Assembly (NCBI RefSeq): GCF_030028105.1 | Contig: NC_092391.1 | Location: 51,991,223 to 52,055,222 of the forward strand | Direction of reading: 5' to 3' | From: Mobula birostris | Taxonomy: Eukaryota | Length of the DNA: 64,000 nucleotides | Shown: in pieces, positions 33,848-57,793 of the stretch | Numbering within the stretch: position 1 is the stretch's first letter | Layout: each line of letters opens with the position of its first letter | Notes under the pieces: generated by a model | What the model saw: only the letters and a program-made list of their open reading frames with translations | The model's database searches: none | Told to the model about the DNA's origin: nothing | Made by a program: the position numbers and the translations under genes

Positions 33848-35437
33848 CAGGGGTCCCCAACCTTTTTTGCACCGCGGACCGGCCGACCCGGGGGGGGGGG
33901 GGCGGTGTTAATCACGACCGGAATATAGGTTATAAGTCAACTATAAGTGGCTAATACACTCAATTTCGTTTCTAAAAGGGTTTATCTAACGAATTTAACA
34001 TTAAACACACAGCGCATATTTTTCTCGCATGAATATATTGATAAGTCAATTATAAGACACTTATAAGTCAATAGCATCATAACATTTTAAGTAACGTTTG
34101 GATATTAAACACACAGCGCTTATTTCCCCCACCAATCATTGCAACCCACCAATATCGCTGAATCAGTGGGAGCCCTGGGCTTTTCCTGCAACAAGACGGT
34201 CCTATCGAGGGGTGATGGGAGACAGCAATACTCGAAGTCCATCCTATTCTGCAATTTAGTTTTCGTTGCATTCATTGCAGAAAATCCCGCTTCTCAGAGA
34301 TAAGATGTTGGAAATGGAAGCAACGTTTTCAGTGCTTTCGTGGCCATCTCAGGATATTCAGCCTCGACTTTGATCCAGAATGCCGCAGAGATGTTATGTC
34401 AAACATACTTTTCAGCCCATCGTCATTTACAAGCTCGAGGAGCTGATCTTCTTCCCGTGCTGACATGGCTGATTCACTGGGGCATTCACAAATGGGTCAC
34501 GGACTGGGTCATTTGAGGTTGGGAAGTAACGCTCGAATTCTGTCGACAGCGAAGAAAGGTGATCGCGCACCAGCTGTGAGAAAGACGGTGCAGCCTCAGT
34601 CTCTCCCAAAATCCCAGCTAATGTTGGGAACATGTCAAATATGCCCCTGTCCACTCGCCGTCCCCACCTTTCCAGTTTGGCTTTGAAAGCAGACACTTTA
34701 TCTGCCAACTTGAAGACAGTTGTCATTCTCCTCTGAAGTGACAAACTGAGTTCATTGAGCAGGTTGAAGATGTCACACAGAGAAGCGAGTTTTACTATCC
34801 ACTCCTCGTCACTGAAGTGTGCTGCCAGTGGTGACTTTTTCCCTGAAAGAAATCTCTGTGGCTGCTCTCTAAACTCAAAAACCCTGGCCGGGGCTCTCCC
34901 CCTTGAGAGCCACCTGACTTCAGTGCGTAAGAGAAGTGTTTGTGCTCTGCATCAATTTCTTCGCAAAGCTGCTCAAACAAACGTTTCTTAGCCTTAATAA
35001 TACGGCTAGTCACTAAGTATGACGCTCTCAGAGCAGCAGCATTTGGTGGCTCTCAGCACTTGCTTCTGTCCGCTTGCTCACGTTTTTTCCGCTCAAAAAA
35101 CTCAACGGGTTTGTCTTTAAGTACACAGGGTCTTAAGGTGCCCAAGCAGTTTTCAGGGCTTCATTGCCTCATTAGACAGCTTGTCTTCACCTATCACACA
35201 CAGGGGGCTTGGAGCGTGCGAGTCACCGGTCGCAATAAAACCATATTTTATGTACGACTCGTCGTGTTTTCTGTTGAAGGAAGCTTTCTTTTATTTTTGT
35301 AGTCTCGGCTTCAGCTGCCTCTGCGTTATCGTCATCTACCACTTCTTCCAAGAAAAGTCTCAAGCGACGTTTGTTTTTTACTCATCATACCGCCAAATCA
35401 TATCGCTTCCTCGCGGCCTGGTGGTTGGAAACCACTG
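33848..35437 (-). mobile_element. hAT DNA transposon (Buster/Charlie-like), internally deleted, frameshifted transposase
   Basis: TIRs caggggtccccaacc / ggttggaaaccactg; perfect 8-bp TSD AATAAAAG (33840-33847, 35438-35445); remnants RLFEQLCEEIDAEH and LSLQ...TTVFKLADKVSAFKAKL...FERYFP...DPF. Confidence 0.93.
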
Positions 35438-36769
35438 AATAAAAGCAAGCATTCCATTAGCCTTCTTAACCACCTTATTGTCCTGTGCAGCAACTATCAA
35501 GGAGCTGTGAACTTGGACCCCAACATCTCTCTGCTCAGCAACAGGAGACGGGATGGTAAACTACAGGTACAAAAAGTGCAGAAGACAACAAACTGCAAAT
35601 GCAAATATAAATAGATAGCAATAAATAACCGAACTTGAGATAAAGGGTACTTAAAGTGAGATCAATGGTTGTGAGAACATCTCAATAGATGAGCAAGTTA
35701 TCTCCTTTGGTTCAACAGCCCGATGGTTGAGGAGGAGTAACTGTTTTTGAACCTGGGAGTGCGAGACCTGAGGCTCTTGTTCCTTCTACTTGATGGCAGC
35801 AGCGAGAAGAGAGCATCGCCTGGGCGGTGAATGCCTCTGATGATGGATGTTGCGGCAGGATTTCATGTAGATGTGCTCAACGAGTGGGAGGGCTTTACCT
35901 CTGAGGTACAAACGTTTGTACTAGGCTGAATCCACTACCTTTTGTAGGATTTTCCTTTCAAAAACATTGGTGTTTCCACACAAGTATCATCATGCACATC
36001 TTCTGGTCCTTGAACCTGGTGGTGCATTGTGAAGAAGAGAACACATCTTTTTTGGGGGGTGAGGGAGGGGGAGGAGGGGAGCGGGGAGAGGGGAGAGGGG
36101 GAAGGAAGAAAAATAATTCAATGATTCAGGTCGACAGCCGGGTGGTAGACGTGGGTAAGCAGTAACCACAAACATCGAAGGGCCAGCCCTGTCCACACCA
36201 ACAGGGTTCCCAACCCCATTGTTTCAATATTTTATTAAACTGTCTTCGGCGTATTCATTGCCACCAAAGTGCTCTGTGGTAGTAACTTCCAAAGATTATC
36301 TCCACTGATATATCGCTGTTTATTTTATTGCGCAAGTTATGTAGTTTATGTTAACTGTTTATTGTGCTTCTGCTGCCAACAGTTAATTTTCATGCCATTT
36401 ATGTGGCGGGTATGAATGCCTGTGATAATAAACTTCAATTCAGAATGTGCAATTATGTACCTGAAATGATACCACCAGTTCGAGAGAACTCCACTATCTT
36501 GTACCTCACCTTTTCTCCAGCCACCCACAATCTTGTTCAGAATCAGATTTAATATCACTGGCATATGTCATCAAATTTGCCGTTTTGTGGCAGCAGTACA
36601 TTGAAATACATAATAATACTAACTGTGAATTAAAGTGTATATGTGTGTATATATATATATATATGATAAATAAGTAGTGCAAAAAGAAAAATTAAAAGTA
36701 GTGAAGTAGTATCATGAAATATCCATTCAGAAATCTGATGGCAAAGGGGAAGAAGCTATTCCTGAATTG

Positions 36770-37155
36770 GTGGGCCTCGCTGGCTCTGTTATAGGAGTCA
36801 AACTGGACACACTGGAGGCTGTGGTAAAATGAAGGACCCCACGGAAAACCCTGGCAATTCTGGGCAATGTTTCTCTCCCTCTGCGTGCCACCTTAGCTGA
36901 ACAGAGGAGCACTTTTAGTAATAACTAAGACAACTGTGCTGCTCCAAGGAACGCTATACGAGGTCATTTTTACCCTCAGCCATTAGGCTCTATAATGTCA
37001 ACCTATAGCTGGGGATGTGATGACCCCCTTCTGTTAGACTGTTTGAGGTAACTTTTTAAAAAATTCTTTATTACTTCTAATATTTGTATATCTGTGCACT
37101 GGTAATACTCCCGTGACACTGTAATGTCTTTTGGGATCAATAAAGTATCTATCAA
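36770..37155 (+). mobile_element. Rex1/Babar-like LINE 3' fragment
   Basis: ERYTRSFLPSAIRLYN-like end and a ...gggatcaataaagtatctatc tail. Confidence 0.6.
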
Positions 37156-38134
37156 TTCTTCTAAACGCCCATCAGCATAGGCCCAACTTTCTTCGTACAT
37201 AACCATTTCATTCTGGGAATCAGCTTAGTAAATCTGCTCCGCACTGCTTCCAATTAATGTTTTTGTCCCCTTCCTTAAAGATGGCGATTTACACTGTACA
37301 GAGTTCCCAGGTGAAAACTCACCAGTTCTTTTAAATTTGTACTTAAACTTACCTTTAAGTTCCATTTTCCTTGCAAAAGGACCTATTGTTTGTTTGACAT
37401 GTTGATGGTATATCACATTTATAGTCCTTTTATTCCAACGTATTGTAGTCTCAGTTCATTTTTATAACAATGCTCTCCGCACAACTTGGGAATGCACCCC
37501 AGATGAAGGAACTTAATATAAACTAATGATTACTTTATTAATAACACTTATACACCTATTCTGTTTTTAAAAAAAGGGTGAGCAATCACCGCAAACAAGG
37601 AAGAGGCGAGCGAAGGTGAAGCCCAGTCAAGAATCAAAGCGTGCGGGTGCGAGACAGAGTCAGGACATGCGGAGTGGAGGAGAGGTACATTCACAGCCCG
37701 TCTCCCTAAACCGAGACTGAGGTTTGATCAATCTAAGCACCGGCCTGATTCGAACATGACAGTGGAGTCCAGGCCCAGAGCGTATCGATGCCACAGGTCT
37801 CAGGTCCTAGAGCGAGGAACAACCTGATGTTTGGACGATTTGAACACTGGGCCAGATAGATTGAAAAGACTGGGTGTTGGGACCCGAGAAAAGGTCGGGC
37901 CGGCTCTGCTCGCTGCTCCACAACATTTACTCCGCTGTGTGATGAACGGAGGCCGAAGCCTGCTCCGGGCTCCGTGTCTGCGGACTCACTTTCATTCTAA
38001 ATGCTATTTGCTTACTTTGACAGTTTGCACAATTTGGTTTTGTGGCTGCCTGTAAGGAGACGAATCTCAAGGTTGTATAATGCGTACACACTTTAATAAT
38101 AAATCTACTTTGAATGATTTGATAGGGTGTCCAG

Positions 38135-38560
38135 GAAGGGGTGGTACCTCTGGTGAAAGGACTTGTGTCCAGTCTGGGGCAGCTCTCACCTGTGGCTGCA
38201 AGTAGCTTGTTTGTGACAGCGGCCACACCCAAGTACACCGTTTCGACAGACAGGTCTCATGCCCTGGTGAGAGAGGAAAATGCCCGGCCTTGCATGTGAA
38301 ATCAGCTTCAGCGGACTGGGCAGATGAGATCTGCAGTGAGATCCAACGGCCAGGAAGGAGGTTCTGCAACACTCCATGGACAGCAAAGGGCATGACAAGG
38401 CACAGAAGTAGTCATGGCCATCCACTGCCCCCGTTTGTGATGGATGCTTGTACCACTGGACCCAGTGAGTGGAAATGACACAGCGCTATAGCTTTACCAC
38501 TTTTTAAAAATCTCTCCCGCACAAGTTTCTTGTCATCAGATACGACGGACAACTACCACC
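38135..38560 (+). mobile_element. Probable non-autonomous RTE/Expander-like element
   Basis: Starts ggggtggtacctctggtgaaagg, resembling RTE 5' ends; family assignment is from recall only. Confidence 0.4.
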
Positions 38561-39419
38561 AATGATACCATTTACCACAACTCTCTGCCGTGAGTTTCCT
38601 GTTGTCCATGCAAATTTATCACCCAAAAGTTTGGTCTTTCCATAGCGTTCATGAGCACAGGACAGGTTAGGTCAGATGATCCCGATGGGCTGTGCAACAA
38701 CCCAAACAATATTACTAATAAGGAGATTAGAAGTACTATAACTCTCTAGTCACCAGGAAAGAGTGAATTAACTAGGGTGGTTGAGATTGAGGGGAGAATT
38801 TATCCATAAAATAATGAAAGATAATTTCAGTTCAGCTAGTTGTAATCTGTTTTTAATACTTTTTAAAAAAGCTGTTTGTTGAATTAATACAGGACTAACA
38901 TTGTAGTTTTAAATTAACATTATTAACTGCATTTTTCACGATATGTGACATTGGTCTCCACCTACTGGTGGCAAAGGGGTATTGCCATGATATAACAGTT
39001 TATCATTTCTTTTTCTTTAGCGAAGTGATAGCACATGATACATGTTGTGTCTGTGCATCTTTTAATTGGCCCTTTGCTTATCTTAATAATGCAGCCTCAA
39101 CTCAGCATAAAAGTGTCAATCTGCAAAAATCACCATCTTGTCTTTGCCTTAGCCTTAGTTAGGTTCCTTCTCGTTAGTTTCCTGTTTTGGACATGAAGCA
39201 AAGAATCTATGGATTGGAGAATCACCAGATCCCACAACCCTATCTGAATCAATTTCCCTAGAGTTCAGAACTGGAAAGCATGCAAGAGTTAATTAGTAGA
39301 AGGAGTAGAGGCACACGGCCTAAAAAGAACCTCCCAATGTAGCAGGAGATGTGAACTTCAGTGAAAATCAAGAAAGGAACAGGCAGTTCCACTCAGTCTA
39401 CACTGAGCACAATGCCTGA

Positions 39420-40050
39420 CTTCTAACTCCTTCCTTTCCAGTTCTAATGAAAGGGCTCAGCCTGAAATGTCAACTCAACTGTTTATTCCCATCCATAGAT
39501 GCTGCCTGGCCTGTTGGGTTTCTCCAGTACATTGTGTATTTGCCAAATTAAACTAAGTACATTCTGACATGCTAGTCCATGGCCTCCTTGTGTGCCAAGA
39601 TGAAGCCATCTCAGTGTAGAGGAGCAACACCTTATATTCCATCTGGGTAGCCTCCAACCTAAAGGCATGAATGTCGATTTCTCCGTCTGGTAAAAAATAA
39701 TTCTCCCTCCCCCTCTCCTTTTCTATTCCCCTATCTGGCCACTTGCTTCTTCTCCCCTGCCTATCACCTCCACCTGCCCTTTCTCCTATGGCCCACTCTA
39801 TCAAATTTTTTCCTCTCCAACCCTTTACTTTTCCCACCCACCTCATTTCACCGATCACCTTCCAGCTAGCCTCCTTCCCCTCTCCCCATCTTTTTATTCT
39901 GGCATTTTCCCCCTTCCTTTCCAGTCCTGACGAAGAGTCTCAGCCCAAAACGTCGAACGTCATTTCCATGGATGCTGCCAGACCTGCTGAGTTCCTTCAG
40001 TATTTTGTGTGTTACTCTGAATTTCCAACATCTGCAGAACTTCTTCTGTT
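39420..40050 (+). mobile_element. Penelope-like fragments with degenerate hammerhead cores
   Basis: GIY-YIG end (...gaggagcaacaccttatattccatctgggtagcctccaacctaaaggcatgaat) plus the terminal repeat cagtcctgacgaagagtctcagcccaaaacgtc. Confidence 0.75.
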
Positions 40051-40493
40051 TATTATTAAACAAAAAAATAACCAAAATTGGAAGGCACATTTGAGTCAAC
40101 ACTTAAATACAGCCCTTTGGAAACATAGTGGGCAGAAACTTCCTACAACATCCAGCACAGGCTGACGTTGTGGGAGCTCTGACTGAAGCACCATAAGAAC
40201 CAGAGTGAAATAAAGATGGAAGGAAGATTGAATAGCATGAAACTATTGTAGACGATTGCAAGTAAGTAAAATCAAGAAATTATCTAGATATTTGTTTTAA
40301 ATTCCAGTTTTTATTACAAAAAAGTAACTGGTCCAGGTCTGCTTCATTTCAGCTGTACAAAACCTGTAAAAAGGATCCCAGTCGTATAGAAGGGAAACAG
40401 TAAACTGAGATGCATTGGATAAATGTCTCAGTGGGCTAAATTTCAACAGGTATTTTGTTTTAAACACAGGTTTCAGAAGGTAACCCTCCAGCA

Positions 40494-40573
40494 CAGGGGT
40501 TCCCAACCTGGGGTCCACAGACCCCTTGCTTAATGGTATTGGTCCACGGCATAAAAAAGGTTGGGAACCCCTG
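40494..40573. mobile_element. 80-bp hAT MITE
   Basis: Perfect TIRs caggggttcccaacc / ggttgggaacccctg; TSD ctccagca/ctcttgca. Confidence 0.88.
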
Positions 40574-43500
40574 CTCTTGCATTTACATTTGCTGCTTGCA
40601 AGGGTTTAACATGCATCTGCATTTAAATTTTCAGATATTACACGGTGATCCACAAGTCAATGCTTCAATAACAAGCAAACAGCACACACTGTTAGCTTCA
40701 AACCCTGAACTACAGATCAACTTGGTTCAGTGGTCAGGCAAGTCTCTCCAGCAACTTCACACAATTCTATAAAATCCCCAGCAATCTCTCATTCTAAGCC
40801 AAGAGCACTCTACCTCATGCTACAGGAATATTTACTCTTTTAACCAATGTCAGAAAGCTGGTCGTATAGCCATGGTGACGCTGCCATCTCTGGAGCTACA
40901 GAACATAATCCAGTTGCTGCATCTCTAACATTTAAGTGACTTCATTAGCTGTGTACGTTGGGGCAGAAGGTGGATGGTACTGCATAAATGCATATCTTTC
41001 CTTCACACTACACCACGTGAATTAATGGTATATGCTTGTCCTACAAGGAGCAGTAGGATTATTCAGACAGACAACCAGGCTTGTGGTTGGTATGAATCAA
41101 TGTGTCAGGATGGAGATTAAATAAAATGTTATGAGGAAAACGGTTTATTAGCTATTTCCCATTTATTTTGCACTGTCCCCAATTTAACCCTAACCTAATC
41201 AGGGGCAATTTACAATGACCGATTAACCTACTCAGTACGTCTTTGGACTGTGGGAGGAAACCCCACACATTGCACAGAGGACGTAGAGAACAGTGCCAGA
41301 ATTGAACTCTGAACTCCAGACTGCCTCAAGCTGCAATAGTGTTTCCCAAACGAAGCGTCAAACATTCAAACTACGTTGACACTGAACAATATGTTGTTTC
41401 GATAATCAAATGTGAGCAGCCACAGATTCTCGAGAAGCTGACTCTGATTACATGCATCTCAATGGCAGAGGCAAATGGAGTTCCATCACTGACCTCAGAT
41501 ACTAGCACTGACAAGTTACACAGCAGAAACTCTTTCCAGTATTAAATGCTGCTTACTTCTGTCTGCTACAAAGATTGTTGGAAAGAGGGCCTGAAAATCA
41601 AATTCTGAAACAGCTGCAGCCCAGATAATTCTGGTGAAACAAGGGAAATGGACGATGTTTTGCCATCTTGGTTGGACCTTTAAAACAAATCAAAAAGGCA
41701 GGCTTGTGCACTTTGTGGAAATCAACAACATAGAGGACGAAATTCAATTCAGTCATGTGGCCATTATAAGCCAATGACTGTGAGAGAGCTTCAAACTGCC
41801 GCATCAGAGGAACTTTGTGGAGCTGATCATACAAACTTACCACGGACTCTATTATTAACTACAATTGCACTAACCAATTCGCTTACTGCATCAATCATGG
41901 TCTCTTCCGCCATGGACTCCAACCATCAACCAAAGGGTCTGAAGACCCCGATCTACAGAGACGGCAGTGAACATCTGAAACTTCTTATCAAGACCAAAAC
42001 CTCCCTTTGGTGTGTAGCCCCTCACCATTTTAGTGTCATTTTCCTGTATTTGTCGCTTTATTCTTCGCACTCTGGGATAGAGTTAAGCAATGAAACACTG
42101 GGAAAGTGCTACCGAGTTGCCGACTGTTTAATCAGGTTATCAATCCAATGATACCACTGATAAATTAAAACACTTTCAGCAAACATGTTAATATTGATTT
42201 AAATCATGCATGAGTCTAGAGTCGCTCAGCAGAAGGGTGAAGGATGGGACTAGATGTCTGCCCTGTCAGTATTTAAAGCAGGCCTGCCTCTTTGTTCTTA
42301 AAAATTACATTTGGCTCATACAAACGGATACCTGATAATGAACACTGTAAATCGTCAAAGAACATGGCCACAAGATTTACCAAGTACTTTTATATAGATT
42401 GGAATCTAGAAACCAAACAAGTACAAGTCCCTCACATTCACAAAGGACAGAAAACAAACACCGAAAACTCCACAGCCTCCCCTGGAGGTTTAAAAGCAAA
42501 TGCAGTATTAACTATACATTAGCATGTGGCTATTTCATTGGAGACATTCAAACTTTAATTTACATCAGTCACATCAGATTGAGTTAAAAGACACTGGAAA
42601 AGAATTAGCAGACACAGCAGCATTTCCTTTAAGATTAAGTTTTATAAACCCGATCTTTTGAAAGTTTCACAATCTCACAAGCATTTTCCATCATAAGTCT
42701 TCATAGGCAGAAAATCCAGTCCAATTCCAAGGTATTGCCCAAGTATCTTGGACAAAATAAGGCTGCACAGACAGGGTCCATTTGTACAGTAACGTACCCA
42801 GTCACAGAGGATGTGCAGACGTGCCAAGACTGAACATAGACAGCTCTGACTGGCAATTTAGATAGTAATATTCCACTGAAAACTCTAGCATGAAATATTT
42901 TAATATCTGTGCCATTGTTATAGCATTTTATTGTTATAAATGTTACCCTCCCCCAAAATCTCTTCACTGCTCTGGGGAATTTCATCATAGCTGGGCAAGG
43001 AGTACAGTTAATGAAGAGGGCAGGGAGAACCCCAGCCAATTATTCCGAACAGCGAAACAAGACAGCAAAACAAACAGTGCATATCACAACCAAAGTCGGA
43101 CAACCTGTCTGCTAGGTCAGAGGTCATCAATGGAATCGGGTCACTGTACAACCCACCAGGGATCATGTTAAATTGCAACACTTCTGGAATCTGGTAACAT
43201 TTTCTTTAGTTAATGTAAGTAAGCCTGACAGTGAACTGTCCAGGTGGTGGATTGGGTTGTCTTAGCTTACTGAGAGAAAGTTAAACCGCGATGTCAAAAA
43301 CAAAAAGGTAAACCTTTAACCTGAAATAACTTGCAGGAAATTGTTGAAGAGATGTTTCAAAAGACCAAGCATATTAAACTTATTCATTCTATAGTCACAG
43401 TAGCTCATATTCCTAATGTTTTCCTGTGTTTACAATTTAACCCAATGTTTCCAATTACTGCAAAGCAATTAAAGTGGATGTTTATAATCTACACTCATAA

Positions 43501-44284
43501 CCTCATACTCCCAGCAGCAAATTTGGTTTCAGTGGTGAAAAACAGAATGAAATGACAAAGAAAGACTACATGAGACATGATTGAAGTGGCTGTACAGTAT
43601 ACAAAACCTACAGTTCAGCTACTGAACCAACTGTAAATTTCCAGAGAGCGTCAAATATACAACCACTTTACAAGGACCAATAATCTTCCAAAAGGAAACT
43701 TACACAAAAATGATTTCCAAAACAGTAAAAGGGATTTACGATCTTTTCTAAGGTATAAATTGATCTAGAGTAAAGATTTTCTGTACAGTTGTGGCACTGT
43801 GAAGCAATTTGACAGTGCTGCCCCTAGATTGCTGTCAAATGTAAAACTATGTCCTCGAAACAAGATGATAAACTGTAACTGAAAATAAACTGTAGAAAAC
43901 TGAATGAGTTTTAAGGTGTACGCACACTAGTCACATCTCAATCAGTAACTCATGTACCTAATGCCTTTGCTCTTTTAAGCCCATCAGCAATGTTACCAAT
44001 TCCAGCGAAGCAAATTAAAGCGTACTTAGAAGGAATTTGTTTTGATTTTTCAGGATCTGAATTGATTGGAGCATCAAAAGTCTCCTACAATGTAACTCCC
44101 GGCCTCTACAAAATTCTGTTAAACCCACAGACTCCCAACATACTTCAAAGGGTGTTAATATAAACAGCAGTAAAAGATCATTAACAGTGCGCAAAAGGGT
44201 TTCAGTCAAGTGACAACGTAATAAAAGCGGTTGCGACCAGATACTTTTCAAACTGTTTCTTCCATGCTGAGTGTCTGCACGTGG

Positions 44285-53863
<9,579 letters not shown>

Positions 53864-55494
53864 CTGCAAAAAAAAAAAAAAAAACAACCACTGAAGTTCT
53901 TGCAAGTATGACACTCAAAATAAAATGTACATGGAAGGAAGACAGATACTTGATACAACTCCAAAGGACATAAAACAGATTTAAGCAGCTTTATCTGCAG
54001 TTTCCATGTGGATAAAGACATGCACATTTGCCATTGCCCCAATCAGCCAATTAAACGGTGAATAGGATCATGAGACCAGGAGCAGAATTAAGCCATTCAT
54101 CCCATCAAGTCTGTTCCACCATTCCATCATGAATGATTTATAATCGGAATCAGGTTTAATATCACCGGCATACATCGTGAAATTTTTTGTCCACAACCCC
54201 ATTTTCCTGCCTTCTCTCCATTGCCTTTGACGGAATGACGAGAAATAACTAATTGGTATTAGAAGATCTAATTAACGACATTTTCAACAGTGTGTAATCA
54301 CCCCTCTCCCTCGACCGGTTTAAGATGGTGCTGGTGAAGCCCAGTGACTACTTACCGGCGGCAAACAAAACTAAGAATACAACTAAATACTTTATTAATA
54401 ATACCTTCTCTTATAAAACTTATGGCAAATGATCACAGCAAATAATGGAGAGGCAAGTGAAGACAGGACTGAGTTGAGGGTCAAAGCGTGTGGGATCGAG
54501 GCAAAGTCAGAGCGAGGAGAGGTGAATTCAAGGCCAGTCCACCTAAACTAAGAGCGAAGTTTGATCAACCTAAGTGCCAGTCTGATTTAGAAAAGCAGGG
54601 TAGGGGCCAAAACTTGGTGGCAGGGTCCAGGCCCAGAGCATATAATTGCAACAGGGATTACCTGATATTTGAAAGATTTAAACACTGGGCCAGATGGATT
54701 GAAAAGGCGGGTGTATGGACAAGAGGCAAGACTTGGGTCAGTTTCTGCTCGCTGCTTTGCAGTGTTTACTCTGCTCTGAGCTGAGGCCAAAGCCTGCTCC
54801 AGGCTTTGTGTCCATGGACTCACTTTTGTTCTCAGTGCCATTTGTTTATTTATTTGCACAATTTGTCTACCAACACCCCCCCCCCAGCACATTGGGTGTT
54901 TGACGGTATTTTTTAAACAGGTTCTTTGCTTTGAGGCTGCCTGTAAGGAGACGAATCTCAAGGTTCTATACTTTGACAGTAAATGTACTTTGTACTTTGA
55001 AACAGACAGCATATCTCCAATTCCTGTTTAGTCCCTTGGCTGAAATCAGAGGTCCTGACTTGACAAAACATGTGGAGATGGAACCACAGCCCTTAACTAA
55101 AACATAAAAAGAAAAGTACTGAGTAGGAAAAGAGCAACCACCAAATCATGATACAGTTATACTGAAAAGGTGATGTAAACACATACATACAAGCAGTTTC
55201 ACTTGCACATCTGATCAGTATGAAGAGTCTCTAAATTAAACAACCAAATCACCAGACATACAGTAATTTAGTTCTCCAGACTCACTTTCTCACAGATAAC
55301 AAAACTGACAGAATGAGAAACCATCAAGCACGTGCATGGGTACTGATTGAATTTACTAAAACTCTACAGCCCAGCGGTGGGGCACAGATCTATCAGATCT
55401 TTAATCAGAATCCATGGCATGCTGTGCACTGGCCTGAATACACCATCATTTCTAGTGGAGTCTAACGTTCCGAGTTCCCTGAGCTGTAATTTCA

Positions 55495-57125
55495 GCATCC
55501 ATGCGGCAAGTACTGTTTTGGGCCCCTCATCTAAGAAAGGAAATGCTGACATTGGACAGAGTTCAAAGGAAGTTTGCAAAAATGATTCTGCGAATGAAAC
55601 GGCTATCATTTGAGAAATGTTTAATGGCTCTGGGCCTGTACTCAATGCATTTCAGAAGAATGGGGGAGAGGACCTATTGAAATATATCAAATGTTAAACA
55701 ACTTAGAGTGGATGTGGAGAGAATGCTTCCCACGATGGGGGAGTCTATGACCAGAGGACACAGTCTCAGAATAGAGGGATGTCCACTTAGAACAGAGATG
55801 AGAGAGAATTTCTTCAGCTAGAGAGTAGTGAATCTGTGAAATTCTTTGTTACAGGCAGCTGTGGTGGCCAAGACATTGGCTATTTTTAAGACAAAGGTTG
55901 ATATGCTCTTGATTAGTCAGGGTATGAAGGGATAAAGGGAGAAAGCACGAGATTGGGGCTGAGGGGGAAAATGGATCAGCCATGATCAAATGGCAGAGTA
56001 GGTTCAATGGGCTAAATGGCTGGCATGGTTAGAGCATTGGCTGATTGGTAGGAGGCAGCAAGTGGGAATAAAAAGTTTCTTTTCTGACTGGCTGCCAGTG
56101 ACTAGTGGTGTTCTGCAGGGGTCGGTGTTGGGAACTCTTCTTTTTATGCTGTATATCAATGATTTAGATGATGGAATAGATAGCTTTGTTGCCAAGTTTT
56201 CAGATAGTATGAAGATTGGTGGAGGGGCAGGTAATACTGTGAAAAAAGGTAGGCGGCAGAAGGACTCATTGATTAGGAGATTGGACAAGAAAGTGGCAAA
56301 TGAAATACAGTGTTAGAAAATGCATGGTCATGCACTTTGGTAGAAGAAATAAATGTGCAGACTATTTTCTAAATGGTGAGAAAATCCAAAAATCTAAGTT
56401 GCAAAGGGACTTGGGAGTCCTTGTGCAGAACACCTTAAAGATGGTGGCGAGGAAGGCAAATGCAATGTCAACATTCATTTCAAAAGGTCTAGAACACCAG
56501 AGAAGGGATGTGATGCTAAGGCTTTAAGGCAGTGGTGAAGCCTCACCTGGAGTATTGTGAACAGTATGGTACACCTTGTCCAAGAAAAGATGCGCTGGCA
56601 TTGGAGATGGTTCAGAGGTGGCTCACAAGGATGATTCCGGGAATAAAACGATCACCATGAGGAACGTTTGATGGCTCTGGGTCTGTACTCACTGGAAGTT
56701 AGAAGGATGGGAGGGGGGGGGGGGGGTGACTCATTGGAACCTTTCGAATGTTGAAAGGCCTGGATAGAGTAAATGCAGAAAGGACGTTTCCCATGGCGGG
56801 GAAGTCCAGGATAAGAGGGCACAGCCTTAGGACAGAAGGGCCTGAATAAACCATCATGCCATTTAAATAGTGATGCAGAGAAATTTCTTTAGCCAGAGTG
56901 TGGTTAAACTGTAGAATTTCTTACCACAGGGAGCTGTAGAGGCCAGGTGGTTAGGTGTACTTAAGGCAGACATTGATAGGTTCTTGATTGGACACGGCAA
57001 CAAAGGTTACAGGGAGAAAGCCAAGAAGTGGGGCTGAGGAGGGGAAAGAGGATCAGCCAGGATTGAATGGCAGAGCAGACTCGATAGGTCAAATGGCTTA
57101 ATTTTGCTCTTATGTCTTATATTGC
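55495..57125 (+). mobile_element. CR1 LINE 3' fragments
   Basis: SGVLQGSVLGTLLFMLYINDLDDG...KFSD, plus repeated family tails. Confidence 0.85.
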
Positions 57126-57793
57126 CTAAAATGCCTAGGGGCTTCATAATATGAACTGCAGAATGCATAGTTCTGCAAAAGATGGAGTGTTCTTTTCTTT
57201 GTGTAACATTCAGCTGTGATGTAGAATGCAAAATCTGAAAGGGCGGTGAAAGCAGATTCTCCGTAACTTTCAAAAGATAACAAATATCGATAGGCTGTGG
57301 TGAAAGAACAATGGAAAAATGAAGAGCTTTTACAACCACTGCACGTTCCTGTTAAGGTGAAGGACAAGACTTGCAGGTTCCTGGAACCCTGACTGACAAG
57401 TGGTACTGGGCCTCTAGTTAAGAAGGCAAAGAGGACTGGGCAGGCAAGGTGCAGCAAAATCCTGTGTGATTCTATAAGTATATTAAAATGGTGGCTAGCA
57501 AGAGAACAGGTGCCCCAAAAGTTCAGCAGAGCCTTCTGTGTGTAGAACAAAGGGAAATAGGAGATTTGTAATGAATATTTTTTCTCTGGGCTTTCCTGTG
57601 ATTAAAAGAATGCAAGCTAAGGAAATGGGGGAAGTGAGTAGTAGTATTTTGCACCACGTATAATTCACATGTACTGAGGTACGGGGAAAAATCACCCATA
57701 CAGAACAATTCGGAAAACAGTGCAGTGAGATTGTAAAAGGTAAAGCAGTAACCAAGTGTGTTATAAAATGCACTGCATGGCCATAACAAGGTA

